A DNA stretch of 64,000 nt, taken from positions 90,706,001-90,770,000 of the forward strand of contig OZ024747.1 in the NCBI GenBank assembly GCA_964016885.1, read 5' to 3'. The position numbers and the translations under genes were made by a program. Under the pieces are notes generated by a model that had not been told where the DNA came from, did no database searches, and saw nothing but the letters and a program-made list of their open reading frames with translations. Source of the stretch: Eledone cirrhosa. Taxonomy: Eukaryota. Every line of letters begins with the position of its first letter. Position 1 is the first letter of the stretch. Of the stretch, positions 26,187 through 40,039 are shown one piece after another.

Positions 26187-27506
26187 AACATATATATAAA
26201 GAATTCAAAGTTTGAAAGCCATGACAAGGCGGGTTTGGACGGAGAATAATTAAATCGTAAGAAACAGGGCTTGTATTTTTACCTTAATTTATTCATATGT
26301 CCTGAGATTAATATTCCTTCTTCTAAGGAAAATAAAGGAACTATTCCAGTGTCCAATGTGGCTTGCTATACCATGATGGCCGGAAGAAGAGATATTAATC
26401 TCGAAGTATCAGGACATATGAATAAATTAAGGCTATGGTTGGTTTGAATAGAAAGAGATGAGATAATTCTGGCCGGATACGGCTGGTTTAAACATACAGT
26501 GCAGTGAGCCAGAACAAATACTGACGCCCTAATGATTCTGCCAATTCCTTGCCTTAAAGATATACAGAAGCCTAATATAATCATATAATATTGTTCCAGA
26601 GAAGACATATGCTGCACTTCCACACTCTATATTGCCAGTGCTGCTATGTAATCAGTTTGTCAAGGGGTAAGCATATAATCAAAAGATCAATCATCACATT
26701 GGAGATAGGATATGATCTCATAAACAATTGTTTTTTATCCTCTCAGCTATTGTGGTAATCCTTGTATATGTGGATGTAGTTCTATAGTTTGTTTCAGGTA
26801 TCACAGCCAAGCTGGTGTACTGCTATCATCATTGGAAGCGCAGTCTCAGAAGACAATGCTTAATGTGCCTGGAGTTATGTCTAGTCACTGGCATCGTCTT
26901 CTGTGACTGTGTAGACCGATGCACGAGTGGGTCTTTGTTGCAATTGATGCAGATACCTGTGGAATCCTGGGTTGTTGCTATCATAGCTACTGCATAATAA
27001 GCAAAACCAAGGAGGCAGATACCTGTGGAATCCTGGGTTGTTGTTGCTATCATAGATACTGCATAATAAGCAAGACCCAGGAGATTGGAGGGATTGAAGA
27101 TAGTAGAGGATCAACATCAACTATGATATAAAACAAAGTGAGAATTGATAGAAATCTTTGATATATTGGCAAATATTCGGCTAGTAAATTCCTTGCCAAA
27201 CTTTGTCCATTATGTTTCAATGATTAACTGTCATTCTTCCAAGCTACCAAGGTATAAATTTCATCTCACTTGTCTCTAGACAAATCACAGCAAAATATTT
27301 TACAATGGAACATTTTCAAGAACAAACTAAAACAAGATATTATGTTTTGTTTTCCTTTTAAATGGTTTTTACTTTTCTTGCACCATGTTAACATCAGATG
27401 GCTGGCATTGTATAATTAAGATATGTGCTGGAAATGCTTTAACAATAATGGCATGAAAAGCAATAAGCGTCTTTGAGGTTAAGACATTGAACTACTAATG
27501 AATGTA

Positions 27507-27880
27507 CTCTTGGGTCTCGAATAATCACCCCCCCCCCCCCACACCTGTTTATAAACTTCTCAGATTTTTCAATCCCCCTGCTCTTGTTCCACTCACCTCA
27601 CACACCCCGATTATTAAATTTTGCTGATCTATTTATATTTATGCATTAAAAAAAAACACATTATACATGACAAAAAAGTACATTACTAGAAATCCCATTC
27701 GTTATAAAATAAATAGGATGAGTTGGGGTTTCAATATGTAAACTAAATGACTAATTCTGTTTTTTTTTAACAATGAACAGAGACAACCTAGAAAAATTAC
27801 CAATTTTCCACCCCCTCTGCTTATTTTAACCCCACACCCCTGCTTATTCCAACTCTCCCCTATTATTTGGGACCCAAGAG
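27507..27880. mobile_element. TcMar-like MITE with TA flanks and C-rich subterminal tracts
   Basis: TA|CTCTTGGGTCTCGAATAAT ... ATTATTTGGGACCCAAGAG|TA inverted termini. Confidence 0.8.
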
Positions 27881-28233
27881 TAGTCATGAGTTCAAATATC
27901 TTTGTAGTAATTGTGCTGCACACCTGGTGCTGCTTCAGTTTACTTGGTCAATAACAGGTGCCACTTAAACTTTTATAACTAAACTGTTCAGTAAAACTAA
28001 TTGCAGTATCAATATGAAAATACCCCATGCATTGCATTACTACTAATGATGAAATGAATTTTAGAAACTAGGGGGTATGCTAAGGTCCATGAGGTTGGGG
28101 TTGGGAAGAAAAGATATAGATGCTATACTTCCCCAACCCACTGCTCCTTACATACCTGACACCATTTCCATCACTACTAACATGAACAAACAAATGTATA
28201 AGTAAAACATGTATTACAGACAATAGCTGTAAA

Positions 28234-28410
28234 ATAATGGTTTTCGATTTAGGCACAAGGCCAACAATCTTAGGGGAGGGAAAAGTCGATTAAATCAACT
28301 CCAGTGCATTACTGGTACTTTTATTTTATCGACCCCATAAAGATGAAAGGCAAAGCTAACCTTATGGGGTTTGAAGTCAGAACATAAAGGACCATAACTA
28401 TGCTGCAAAT
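28234..28410 (-). mobile_element. Meta-domain SINE
   Basis: GGCACAAGGCC...GTCGATTAAATC...TTATCGACCCC...GATGAAAGGCAAAGC. Confidence 0.82.
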
Positions 28411-28899
28411 GACTATAACTCTATAATGGGCATCATTATCCTCACTATACATAGTTTAGGTGTACAATTTTGCTTCTTCTATCTCAAGGATTACATAATA
28501 GAAGAGGTAGTAGTAGTAGTAGTAGTAGTGGCAGTGGTAGTAGTGGCAGTGGTAGTAGCAGCAGCACTAGTAGTAGAGTACTAGTAGTAGTCACAGCAGT
28601 AACAACAGCAAACAGACACTTCTAAAATACCTATTCTGAGAATGTCCAAATTTGTATAATCCGTATTAGCACATCAGACAATATTTCATGTGAAAGAGTC
28701 AAAATGAAAATCTCCTAATTATCAACTATTTAACTTTGATAGAGGACTGATACATAATTTTGTGGTTATATAGACTGTGTGAAATGTGCCCATCTTGTGT
28801 GTAATGCTTCAAGATGAGTGTGAAACGAAAATGCTTGTTACAATAATTTACCATATTAATTATTCAGTTATCATGACTTGTGAACTTTATATATATATA

Positions 28900-28982
<83 letters not shown>

Positions 28983-29099
28983 ATGTATGTATATATATAT
29001 ATATATATACACACACACATTCACATGCTTTTGTTGTATTTTTGTGTATTTTCCCCCCAAAATTTAGAGGAAATAATTGAGGAAGCTATTGTTACTTTG

Positions 29100-30120
29100 A
29101 GAAATGGCCTCATACAATGCCATAAAAGTCAGACAAACAAGATAAATGATTAAAATAATAGTTGAGAATAGTGGAGATGTATTAATAGTAGAGATAAATA
29201 GAATCTGTCCTCATTGTAGCAGTGTCAATGCAACTGGAGATTGTATGCAAACATGCAATTGAATAATATTTCAAAGCAAAGAAGTAAACACCTTATAATG
29301 TTTTGCTTCGCAATGATTAAGAGTGACCAATGGTCAAAGTTGTAATTGTAATAACTTCAGCAAGTAATCAACAGGTGTGTAATATCATCAATAGAACATG
29401 CTAGACCAAATCACGCCATTTAATCTTTGCTCCCAATATTCAAAGCATTTACATTTGCACAAAGAACATATGGCAATTGTCTAGGGATGAGAGGGAAGAA
29501 AAGAGCAAGTGTATGTAGGAAACAAGAACCTTAACAAATATGCATTCAGAATACTGCAAGATTTTCTAGAACTATCCAGGAATGCTTAATAACTTAGTCT
29601 AGTCTAGCATCTAGAATTGTGTAATATGCCATTTTAAAAATATGTTTATCTGTACAATTGTCTTTGTTGAAGATGAAATCTGTCAAGAACATATACTTCT
29701 CATAAATATATTTCTCCCCCTCTTGCTAAAGCAAACAAAATTTCTATAGTTACTTCATGTAGAACATATTACATGAGATTTGATGGGGGTGAAAAAAAAG
29801 CATTTTGGTTTAACATCATAAAAAAAAAAAAAAGATGTCTCCAAATAATATCTCAAACAGATGGCACAACTATTGTTGATAAGAAAACATTAATAAACAA
29901 TAATAGGAGATTGTCATTGTCAGTATCTTTGACATGTCAATCCAATAGGCAGTTGAAGATTGGATTAAAGGAAACAAAATTAATGTGTATTTCATGTAGT
30001 AATAGAAATATTAATGCTTCATCAATAAAAATAAGTTTTTGTAGTATCTAATACATTCACTGAATACTGAAGAAGTTGTTTTTGCAGTCTTTCTTCAAAC
30101 CTTAATCTGACTTTGTCATA
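29100..30120 (-). pseudogene. Possible heavily decayed Helitron/PIF1-like helicase remnant
   Basis: Minus-strand peptides in the expected order: KLIFIDEA (Walker B-like, ~30016-30040), a W-R-H motif, LP..L.IG.KI.WRDL, QSPVAL. Many stops and frameshifts. Confidence 0.3.
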
Positions 30121-30888
30121 ATTGATCCTATGTCTATTTCTATGTACGCATGGTTCAATGATTAAATATGCTGATTTTATGGAATATTTTCAATCATGGA
30201 ATAAGACATGGTTTACAATATTTCAGTAGCTTTCTTGCCTTTGTATATTGAAGTTATTGAAACAAGAATTATGTCCATAGAAAGACTGCAAAAGAAAGAA
30301 AAGATATATGTGTTGTCAGCCGCAATAATCAATCCTTTATGTACTACCCAGATTAAGCTAAGAATCCTTCAAATATTTCTCAAATTACTATACTGCAATA
30401 CTTTATATGAAGCAACAGTCAACTAAATTCAAAAGCAGCAGGTCATCCCAAAATAATATCTCTTTCTTTAGGAAGTCAATTATATCCTCGACTAAGTCTG
30501 TGCATGTAGCTTATAAATAAAAAATATTTTTCAAAAAAAAAAAAAAAAAGGAAATCAGCAAAAAAACTAGTTATTTAAATTGAAGTTTGTAATTAAGTAA
30601 GGGGTTTAAGATCATATTTTCAAAGTGAATAAAAGTTGGTTTTATTTTTATCAACAAACCTCAAACTTCAAGTAGAAAGATTGTAATTTAATTGATGTAG
30701 TGACTGTGAGGATGACTCATTAATAGCCATTCAAGAAATAAATTGGAGTTGATGACATTCTCTAGAAACTCTGGGACAGATTTTAAAACATTACAGTTTA
30801 GTTATTATTTTAGTCTTCATAAGGGAAACATTGGACGCCGGGAAATTTTAAACACAAATTAGTTGGGTCTAAGAACAGACATTAGTAA

Positions 30889-31094
30889 ATGTTTCTACAT
30901 TTGGCACAAAGCCAGCAATTTAAAGGGGAGGGGAAAGATGATTAAATCACCCCCAGTGTGTGACTAGTACTTTATTTTATTGACCCTGTAAAGATGAAAG
31001 GCTAAGCTAACATCGGCTGGATTTGAACTCGGACCTTAAAGGGTTGTAACTATGCTGCAAAGTATGGTGTCTGATGCTCTACCAATACTGCCAA
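30889..31094 (-). mobile_element. Meta-domain SINE
   Basis: Same family motifs as 5822-6042. Confidence 0.82.
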
Positions 31095-32589
31095 AAATCA
31101 ATAATGAAATATCAGTGCTATACTAAAATATTAAAACTTTCAGTTCTTGTAAAGAAGAAACACCATGGCTAATACCAATAATTTATTCTCAGATGGCATG
31201 GTTCACCTATTCGAAGTCCATCTGTAATATCAACAAATGGAGTAGTTAAGTGCATCATTGGCATTAAATAAGGACCCTCATAAAACATTCTTATATACAG
31301 TAGATTACATGCTGAGATAGATAGATATATGCAACATATATTTCGGATTTTACACCATCAAAATTCCATTCCTTTAGCAACCAAGAGAAATTACCAAAAA
31401 TAACCAGAATAACTAGAAACTAGTGTAATGTGAAGCTTGAAATATATCTCTATTAGCTTAACTCTTAACATCCTGCAATGATTTCGCAAAAGATATATCT
31501 AAAAATAGGTTTAATTTAAATGTTTATAGTATCTTTAATAGTGGTTAGAATGTTGAGAAAATTTGCAGTATCAGATTAAAGACATTAATTTTTAATGTGA
31601 TACAGATATATTGTATTATACTTTGTAGAATGCCTTACTAATCTGGTTTCATGAGGTATATATATATATATTGAACAATCCACAGATTTCAACACCTCAT
31701 TCGCTTATCGACTGGGGTGGAACTTGTCAAATCAGACCAAGGAAACAATTTTTCCATTGCTGATACTATCTAGCAATCACAACTCCTGACAGAAAGACGA
31801 ACATGAAATAAAGTGCATTGCTCAAGGACATAAGGCATCACCCAGTCTGGGAAACGAAGTCACAACCTCATGATTGTGAATCCAATTCTATAACCATTAA
31901 ACTGCAATAAATGACATTAAGAGTGAAGTATTGGGGCTATTCTTCATATCCTTCAATAAAAAAAAAAGTCTCTTGTAGACAGGCTAATAATAAGAATATA
32001 CTCAACGATAAAGAAGTTTCAAATAAATATAACATGCTGGATTTAAAATATAAAATCACAATTCAATAGAAAAACAATAACCTAATATAAACAGCCAACA
32101 AGTTTCCTTAGGATTTTGTCAAGACCAACTTAAATCTCTATATTTTCAATTTCAATAAAATATGCAATGACACTATATGTTAAAAAATATCTTCAAATGC
32201 TAGATCATACCTGGAGAAGTGAAACTGGATGATGTAATGAAATAATGATGGATTATATCTGTTCATATATTTATTCTGAAAATCATGTAAGTGTAATCAA
32301 AACAAAAGAGAAAATATTTACATTTACTTCAAGTAAATGTAAATATATATATTACTCTCAGCATACACAAAAGAATGTACAATATTTTATTCTTATTTAC
32401 AGAAACTCAAAATAAAGTAGTTCCTATAACATAGTTATGAAATAGCTTGACATTTGTTTCAAACTTTTCGAAAAATAAATGTAAATGTTTCTGTAGTTTA
32501 AGTAAAATAATTTAAAACTCCATAAAAATACAATATAATTCAATTACTCTTTTCATCTAAAGTCTAAGTTTAATATTTGTCTTGAGCTC

Positions 32590-32825
32590 AGAGGCTCACC
32601 AATTTGGTGTTTTTCCCAGTTTCTGTGTCGTGAAGCAACTGAGAGTACAAGACTCCCTCCTGGATAGGATGCCAGAAATATTGCTGGTACTAATTTTTAG
32701 CTGAATATACTGGAGTAATGTGAAATGAAATGTTTTGCTCAAGAACACAACAAGCAACTCAGCCTGGGAATTTGACCCACAGCATTATGATCGTAAGTGC
32801 CACACCTTTACTACTAAGCCATGCT
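32590..32825 (-). mobile_element. CORE-like tRNA SINE (older subfamily; relative at ~39010-39275)
   Basis: GCTGAATATACTGGAG...TTTTGCTCAAGAACACAAC...CTACTAAGCCATGC. Confidence 0.7.
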
Positions 32826-32873
32826 TTCTTATAACAAAAATAATTAAAAAATCTAAATTCTTCTTCACATAGA

Positions 32874-33228
32874 GGAGGCACATGGCTTAGTGGTTAGAGC
32901 ATTGGCCTTGCAATCGAAAGGTTGTGAGTTTAATTCTCAGACCGGGTGATGTGTTGTTTCCTTGAGCAAGACACTTTATTTCACATTGCTCCAGTTTACT
33001 CAGCTGTAGAAATGAGATGATAGGGATTGGGGTCCCTATCATTCCACTGCAAAGTGGTCGTGGAGGTGCCACGGCAAAAAAGCACCCAGCACTCACTGTA
33101 ATGAGGTTGGTGTTAGGAAGGGCATCCAGCTGTAGAAATCAAGCCAGAATCAGTTCCCGTCCCACCCTTGCAAGCAGGGAAAAGCGGACGTAAAATGAAA
33201 TGATGATGATGATGATGATGATGATGAT
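32874..33228 (+). mobile_element. Young full-length tRNA/CORE-like SINE with RTE-derived 3' tail
   Basis: GGAGGCACATGGCTTAGTGGTTAGAGCA (A-box), GAGTTTAATTCTC (B-box-like), CCTTGAGCAAGACACTT core, then the RTE 3' UTR (AGGAAGGGCATCCAGC) and (GAT)n. Confidence 0.88.
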
Positions 33229-33517
33229 AGAGGGGACTAACCTAATGATATAACAATATTATTGCCTATCACCCTGAGAAAGTCTGAAGTCAGAACTGCA
33301 TACATAGAAATATTTTTATATTTTCACAAGAGGACAACAAAAAAAACCTTTGTTACTGAAAACAAATGTCTAGACCTAATTTCCTTTCTCATAAGTTCAA
33401 TGACTCTGCAAAATCACATGTATTGATAGCTAAATACTGTAGGAAAATGCATTGGGTCACTTTGACTCCTACTGGTTTCATGTAATCTAGTACAACCTGT
33501 TATATACATGGACATAT

Positions 33518-34268
33518 TGTTACCAACTAAACCACCAACACCTTCACTAGACTTGTTAGCAGCTAAACCACCAAAAACTTCACCAGACTTGTTAGCAACT
33601 AAACCACCAACACCTTCACTAGACTTGTTAGCAACTAAACCACCAACACCTCACTAGACTTGTTAGCAACTAAACCACCAACACCTTCACTAGACTTGTT
33701 AGCAACTAACCCACCAACACCTTCACTAGACTTGTTAGCAACTAAACCACCAACACCTTCACTAGACTTGTTAGCAACTAAACCACCAACACCCTCACTA
33801 GACTTGTTAGCAGCTAAACCACCAAAAACTTCACCAGACTTGTTAGCAACTAAACCACCAAAAACTTCACCAGACTTGTTAGCAACTAAACCATCAACAT
33901 CTTCACTAAACTTGTTAGCAACTAACCCACCAACACCCTCACTAGGCTTGCTTGGTAATACAGATGGTCAGATTGTTAGCAACTAAACCACCAACACCTT
34001 CACTAGACTTGTTAGCAACTAAACCACCAACACCTTCACTAGACTTGTTAGGAACTAAACCACCAACACCTTCACTAGACTTGTTAGGAACTAAACCACC
34101 AACACCTTCACTAGACTTGTTATCAACTAAACCACCAACACCTTCACTAGACTTGTTATCAACTAAACCACCAACACCTTCACTAGACTTGTTAGCAACT
34201 AAACCACCAACACCTTCACTAGACTTGTTAGCAACTAACCCATCAACACTCTCACTTGGCTTGCTTGA
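33518..34268. repeat. 36-bp minisatellite (AGACTTGTTAGCAACTAAACCACCAACACCTTCACT), ~20 units in two blocks
   Basis: Near-perfect tandem units, interrupted at ~33945-33972. Confidence 0.95.
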
Positions 34269-34614
34269 TTATTAAAACCCAGCAAAACAAAAACAAAACT
34301 TGGCAAAAGGACAGATGAAACAAGTATATAATCAGTAGCATATTATAAAACTACCCTGGGGGTGATGGACCTAGAGTTCTTGTCAGAACATCTATATAGG
34401 GGAGGGAATAGACAGGGTTTCTTAATCATTGTCCTCTCACTAGAATTGGTCACCCTTGCTACAATATCTATCTCCTTCACAGCTGATACTGGGAAATGTG
34501 CACTCCCAACACCAATATAATACTTCATTGTGGAGGTATCTTCTGCAGCATAGATCTTGGATCTCAAGGTTGCTTATTGGACTATCATATATATATCTGT
34601 AACAATAAAATAGC

Positions 34615-35786
34615 CCCACTTTTATGAACAGTGTGGTTTTTGACCAAGATGCAGCACAGCCGGCCAAATATTCACACTGGTCTTTGAGAAATCATGGGAG
34701 TATTGCCAAGAGGTGTTTCCTTGCTTCGTAAACCCCGAAAAAGCATATGATCATGCTCCTTAGGACCTGCAGAAGTATGGAATTGATGATCAGCTTCTTG
34801 TTTCCCTGATGTCTCTATACAAATGCCCAAGTATTTGTGTTTGGATAAATGATGCTAAATCGACACCATTCAATATGTCTAACCAAGAGTACATACTGTC
34901 ACCTCCTGTGTTCATTATTTTCCTGAACAGAATTGACATGCGCAGACAGGCTGGAAGCAGTATCATGACTGGCAGGTGTACAATCAGTTGGCTGGAATTT
35001 GCAGGCAACATGGCATTACTTAACTTGGCAGAAGGTAATCTCCAACTTGCACTTGATAAGTTGGAAGCCGAGTGTTGCATGGCTGGAATGAAAATCAGTG
35101 CTGCGAAAACTGAGATACTTGTCCTCTCAAGGAAGCCTGTGCAGTGTATTCTATATGTGAATGGATTCCACTGAAGCAGGTAGAGAAGTTCAAGTATCTC
35201 GGAGTTATGTTCCCAAGTGATGGAAGGCAGGAATGTAAGAATTGTAGGGGCTGGTGCAGTAATGCTCCAGGTTCAGCATTCGGTAATTAGAAGAAGGTAG
35301 GTGTAAAAGCCAAACTCGCTATCTTCAATTCGATATTTGTGCCAACCCTTACCTATGGTCATAAATCTTGGGTAATGACCAACAGAATATGATTGCGAAT
35401 ACAATAAGACGAAATGGGGGTTCTTTTGAAGGGTCTCTGGAGAAATGTTTCTCGACAGAGTGCATAGCTCAGAGATCAGAGTATCTCCAGGTAGAGCTGC
35501 TACTTCTCCGAATTGAGAGATCACAGCTCCAGTACTATGGGCATGTGGTTAAAATGTCTTAGGGGGAAAAATGGATGGACAGATTTTACGAGCAAAATTG
35601 AATGAATGGCAAGAGACTCAGGGGTAGACTCCGAGCAAAATAGTTGGCTAACATCCTTGAGTTTGACTGGTCTCACTTGGGGATCCAGCAGGAGATGGTT
35701 GCTTCTGACAGGATCTACAGGAAGGAGTGTATAAGGATTCTGCTCCTACAACCCTCTCAGGAATCAGTGGATGATGAAGAAGAAGA
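34615..35786 (+). mobile_element. Decayed 5'-truncated RTE LINE (RT and C-terminus)
   Basis: Peptides EKSWEY, EKAYD, LSPPVFIIF, FAGNMAL (decayed YADD), KTEILVL, FKYLG, QYYGHVVKM; GAT/GAA tail; multiple stops. Confidence 0.85.
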
Positions 35787-36289
35787 GCAGTTATCTGTAA
35801 TGTTTGTTAATTCACTGTAATGTAAAACACATAACTGAGTTCCAATTCTAAGAAACCATAAAAGTAGAGATGACTAAATCACAAAACTAACTATTAATAA
35901 AGGATAAATTAACAGGTTTTGTAATTTACTAAAAAAAAATTATAAATCTGTTTTTTTTATCTCCATAACATAAATTTACAACAGGTAAGAAATATGAAGA
36001 GAGAACGGGAGAAAGAGAAATTAACAGACAAAAAGAGAACAGGAAGAATGAAAGACAAAATAAAAGACAAATCAGCGTATAAAAACATGTAATTGTATTT
36101 TGGGTTTCTTTCTTCTTGGTTTTTGGTTCTTTCTCAATTTTTTTTTCTTTCAACTTTGACTGATATGTTAGAGAGTAATAACATCAGCTTGCAGCTGAAA
36201 ACTGTGTTTTAAAAGGTTAAAATGCAAGGAAGAGCTACAGGTTATACATATGAATTGTAAAAAATCGGAATTTGTACAGCCCAGTGAAA

Positions 36290-36940
36290 AACACACAAAT
36301 ATACAGACACACAGGGCCATATACACACATAGACAAACATGCAAATACATACAGACACCAAGGTACACACAGACACTGAGGCACAAACGCACACAGACAC
36401 TGAGGCACAAACACAGAGAGACTGAGGCACAATCACACACAGAGACACAAACACACAGAGACACTGAGGCACAAACACACACAGACACTGAGGCAGAAAC
36501 ACACAGAGACACTGAGGCACAAACACACACAGAGACTGAGGCACAAACACACACAGACACTGAGGCAAACACACACAGACACTGAGGCAAACACACACAG
36601 ACACTGAGGCACTAATATACACAGACTCAGACACCAACACGCAAACACACAGACACTGACACACAAATATACATAGACACACACATACATCAACACACAG
36701 ACACCGAGGCACAAACACACACAAGTACACAGACATTGAGCCACAAACACAGACACATACATCAACATGCAAGTACACAGATACACTGAGCACATACACA
36801 CAGAGGCACAAACACACACATACTCGAGCACATGTACACAGAGAGAGACACACACACATACATACACCAACACACGCACATACACACCCACCAACACACA
36901 TACACACACCAACACGTACACACAGGCACCGTCACACAAG
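36290..36940. repeat. CA-rich low-complexity minisatellite (~24-bp ACACAGACACTGAGGCACAAACAC units)
   Basis: Seen directly; explains the overlapping Cys/Val-rich ORFs. Confidence 0.9.
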
Positions 36941-37817
36941 AAGGAAATAACAAAATGGGTTCTCTCTATTTTTTTCTTTTTTGTTCTAGTTTTAATTTCT
37001 ACTCCAACCCCACCCCACCCACCTCACCCCTACACCGCCATTTTTTTTTTTAATCAGCGTTTTCCTGTAATTGATATTTTAGACAAGTCAAGTCTGAAGG
37101 AAGTTAAGCAAGAAAAAGAAACAAGCAGTGTGTGTGTGTATGTGCATGTGCATGCGTGTGTGTGTATATGTGGAGTATGAAATTGTATCTATGCGTGTTT
37201 TTCTATATCTGTATTAGTGTGTCTAACTTTATGTGCAGTGATTGAAGAGAGATAATTAATTAATGAATTATGATAAAATTGTGTAAGCTGTTGCATAATT
37301 TTCTACATAAAACAGTGATATGGGTTCAATTCCTGACTATGCTAAGACAATCTACTTTCTTTATGTGTATTTACATATATATCATACATATATATATATA
37401 TATCATCATTTTCATATCTACTTTTCCATGCTTGCATAGGTTGGATGGGTCCTTCTCAGCACAGTATCCCTTCACTATCTCTCTGTCACAAATGCACGCA
37501 CACACACATTATATAGATATATAAATACATATATATATATATATATATATACATACATACATAAATATACGTACATACATACATCTAATAACTGCATATA
37601 CACGTGTACAGATACAAAGCATATACACATGCACACATATAACTCAAAACATCCACATTTACACATACAATAACATCCATACCTGCACACATATCTACCT
37701 AGTTGATGTTGTGTAAATTCCAATGAGAGAGTCTTGTGTCTATGTTAGAAACCAACTCTCTCTCTCTCTCTATTGGCAAAAATTTGTGAAATTATAAAAC
37801 CAGAACACACACACACA

Positions 37818-38707
37818 CAGGGTGTGGACGATATTTGTTCGCAATTTTTAACTGTTAATTTTATGCACATTTTTTTAACTTTCGTTGTCACTCTTGTCTT
37901 CATAAAAACAGACTATATTTCCATTATTTATTTTCAAAATAATTGATTATGAATAATTTTGAACCTCCAAATTTGTGAAAGAGACACGGAGTTCTTCTTG
38001 GAATCCGCGCCGGTAGGACAAATAAGACCAAAAGATCAACTCCCAGAACAACAGGTGGCTCGCTGTCTCATCCAAAGACGTGCTGAGAGTCATGTAGACA
38101 AAGTTTCCAGCGACAACATTGGTCTTAGGTGTCGTCAGCAGTCAAAGTGACGTCATGCCACCTCACTTCTTCCCTGAGGGCCTCAAGCTGAACACCGATG
38201 GCTACATCTGCGTTCTGAGCGAGATAGTAAAGCCCTGGATCGACCAGGTAGCTGCAGGTAGGCTGTACGTGTGGCAGCAAGACTCAGCGCCCTGCCATAC
38301 CAGCCGAAAGATCCAAGCCTGGCTGTCAGAGAACTTCGTCGACCACACTTCACCTGACATCTGGCCTCCCAGCTCGCCTGACTGCAACCCACTCAACTTC
38401 TTTGTGTAGGGCGCAGTGGAACGAGACACCAACAGATCTAGCTGCAATACGAAAGACGATCTGAAGGCCAGGATCACAAGTGCCTTTAGGGGCCTAAGTC
38501 AGGGGACAGTGATGAAGGCCTGTAGCCGGTTCCGAGGCCGCCTTGAGGCCGTCATCAAAGCCAATGGCGGGTTTATCGAGTGAGATCGAAAGAACAAGTC
38601 ATGAAGACAAACTGACCCAAGTTTGATAAATATATCTTAAAAAATAAAACTAGTGTGTTATTTTTTCCTAAACAGTAATCTTGCGAACAAATATCGTCTG
38701 CACCCTG
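37818..38707 (+). mobile_element. Internally deleted Tc1/mariner-superfamily DD37D (maT-type) transposon
   Basis: 27-bp TIRs CAGGGTGTGGACGATATTTGTTCGCAA / TTGCGAACAAATATCGTCTGCACCCTG, with TA on the right flank. Confidence 0.92.
38026..38583 (+). pseudogene. DD37D transposase C-terminal half, inactivated
   Basis: NSQNNRWLA, WQQDSAPCH, WPPSSPDCNPLN. There are 37 residues between the second Asp and the third catalytic position, which is Asn; in-frame TAG stops. Confidence 0.88.
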
Positions 38708-39608
38708 TATATATACATATATATAATGGGACAGTTCATCTATCCCATGCTAGCATGGAAAATGAACCAACCCATGCCAACATTGCAGATGTATACCAAA
38801 TGATGTTGATGATATTGACTTTTATATTTGAAAAATTCAAGTCAGCTTGAAGCTTCTCTGGATCACCTCTTCATTGATGTGATGCTCCATTAAACCACAG
38901 CACAAACATTTTAAACAACTAATGATCCATGACTAAACTTGCATGTGATCACTTGACCTTCTAGATATAATAGCCAAATCTCCCTCAAGTCACACATTCT
39001 AAAAGTCTGTCTCGAGCCAGGAGGCTCATCAGGCCAGTACTTATTTCCATGGCGTGAAGCGACTGAGAGAACAAGACACCCCGCAGGACAGAACGCCAGT
39101 CCATCACAGGGTAAAAATCCCATGCTATTGATGGTACTCATTTTTAGCTGAGTATACTGGAGCAGCATGAACTGAAGTGTTTTACTTAAGAACACAACAC
39201 ACAACCCAGCCCAGGAATCAAACCCATGACATTATGATCGTAAGTCCAACACCCTTACTACTAGGCCACACACTTCCACCCAAGTCACACATTACTATCT
39301 TTAAAAAGGAAAATGACACATTGAACAATGTAGTCTCTGATATATATAGACTGGATGGTCAATACTGGAACAGCTTTAATCATAGGTCTGCTATATCACT
39401 ACTGACCTGAGGCTACACAATAACCATACAATAAATGTTTAGCTTTTGATTGAAGAGTGTTAGTAAGGGATACACCTCTGGATATGGTATCAGGCTATTT
39501 CAGGTAATATTGTCAAAAGATTTCTTACTTTTCCAAATTAATGATGAGAAAAATAGAATTAAATGCCTTGCAGTAGATATGAAATCATTGCCAGGTCCAA
39601 TAAATTAA

Positions 39609-40039
39609 TCTTTTAGCATTCAAACCGGCTGTATCTGGCCAGAATCCTCCCACCTTTCTGTTCAAACTGGTTGTAACCAGCCACTCACATTGATGTTAAC
39701 CCTTTATTATTTACATTACTCCATATATACTATTGTATTTTTGTGGCAAAGGATTTATCTTACATAATCTTTAGCCACAAAATACAAAGCTACTATATGT
39801 GATGTTATCTATTTTGAGAACAATACCTTACCATTGGTATGAGTGGCCAATTATGGCCGGTTTGAACAGAAAGAGGTGAGAGAATTCTGGCCAGATATAG
39901 CCAGTTTAAATGGTAAAGGGTTACGATATTGTTCTCAAAATAAATTACATCAAAATCTCATAGATTCTATATTATGTGAGATAAAACCTTTACCGTGAAA
40001 ATATAATAGTAAATATACAGTAATGTAAATGCTAAAGGG
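39609..40039 (+). mobile_element. piggyBac-type MITE containing a nested inverted copy (39700-39920)
   Basis: Outer: TTAA|TCTTTTAGCATT ... AATGCTAAAGGG|TTAA. Inner: TTAA|CCCTTTA ... GGTAAAGGG|TTAC. Confidence 0.88.

Noticed and set aside
26815-27131. Cluster of short ORFs as a host exon
   Set aside because: Stops interrupt the frames and a ~66-bp tandem duplication is present; more likely decayed repeat sequence.
32874-32950. tRNA gene
   Set aside because: It has A and B boxes but no full cloverleaf, and it continues into SINE core and tail. The same applies to the other SINE heads.
33660-34275. Mucin/extensin-like Pro-Thr-rich protein
   Set aside because: The ORFs come from a 36-bp minisatellite with frameshifting deletions, and I saw no clear splice or start context.
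36168-36953. Cys/Val-rich ORFs
   Set aside because: Artefact of a CA-rich low-complexity repeat.
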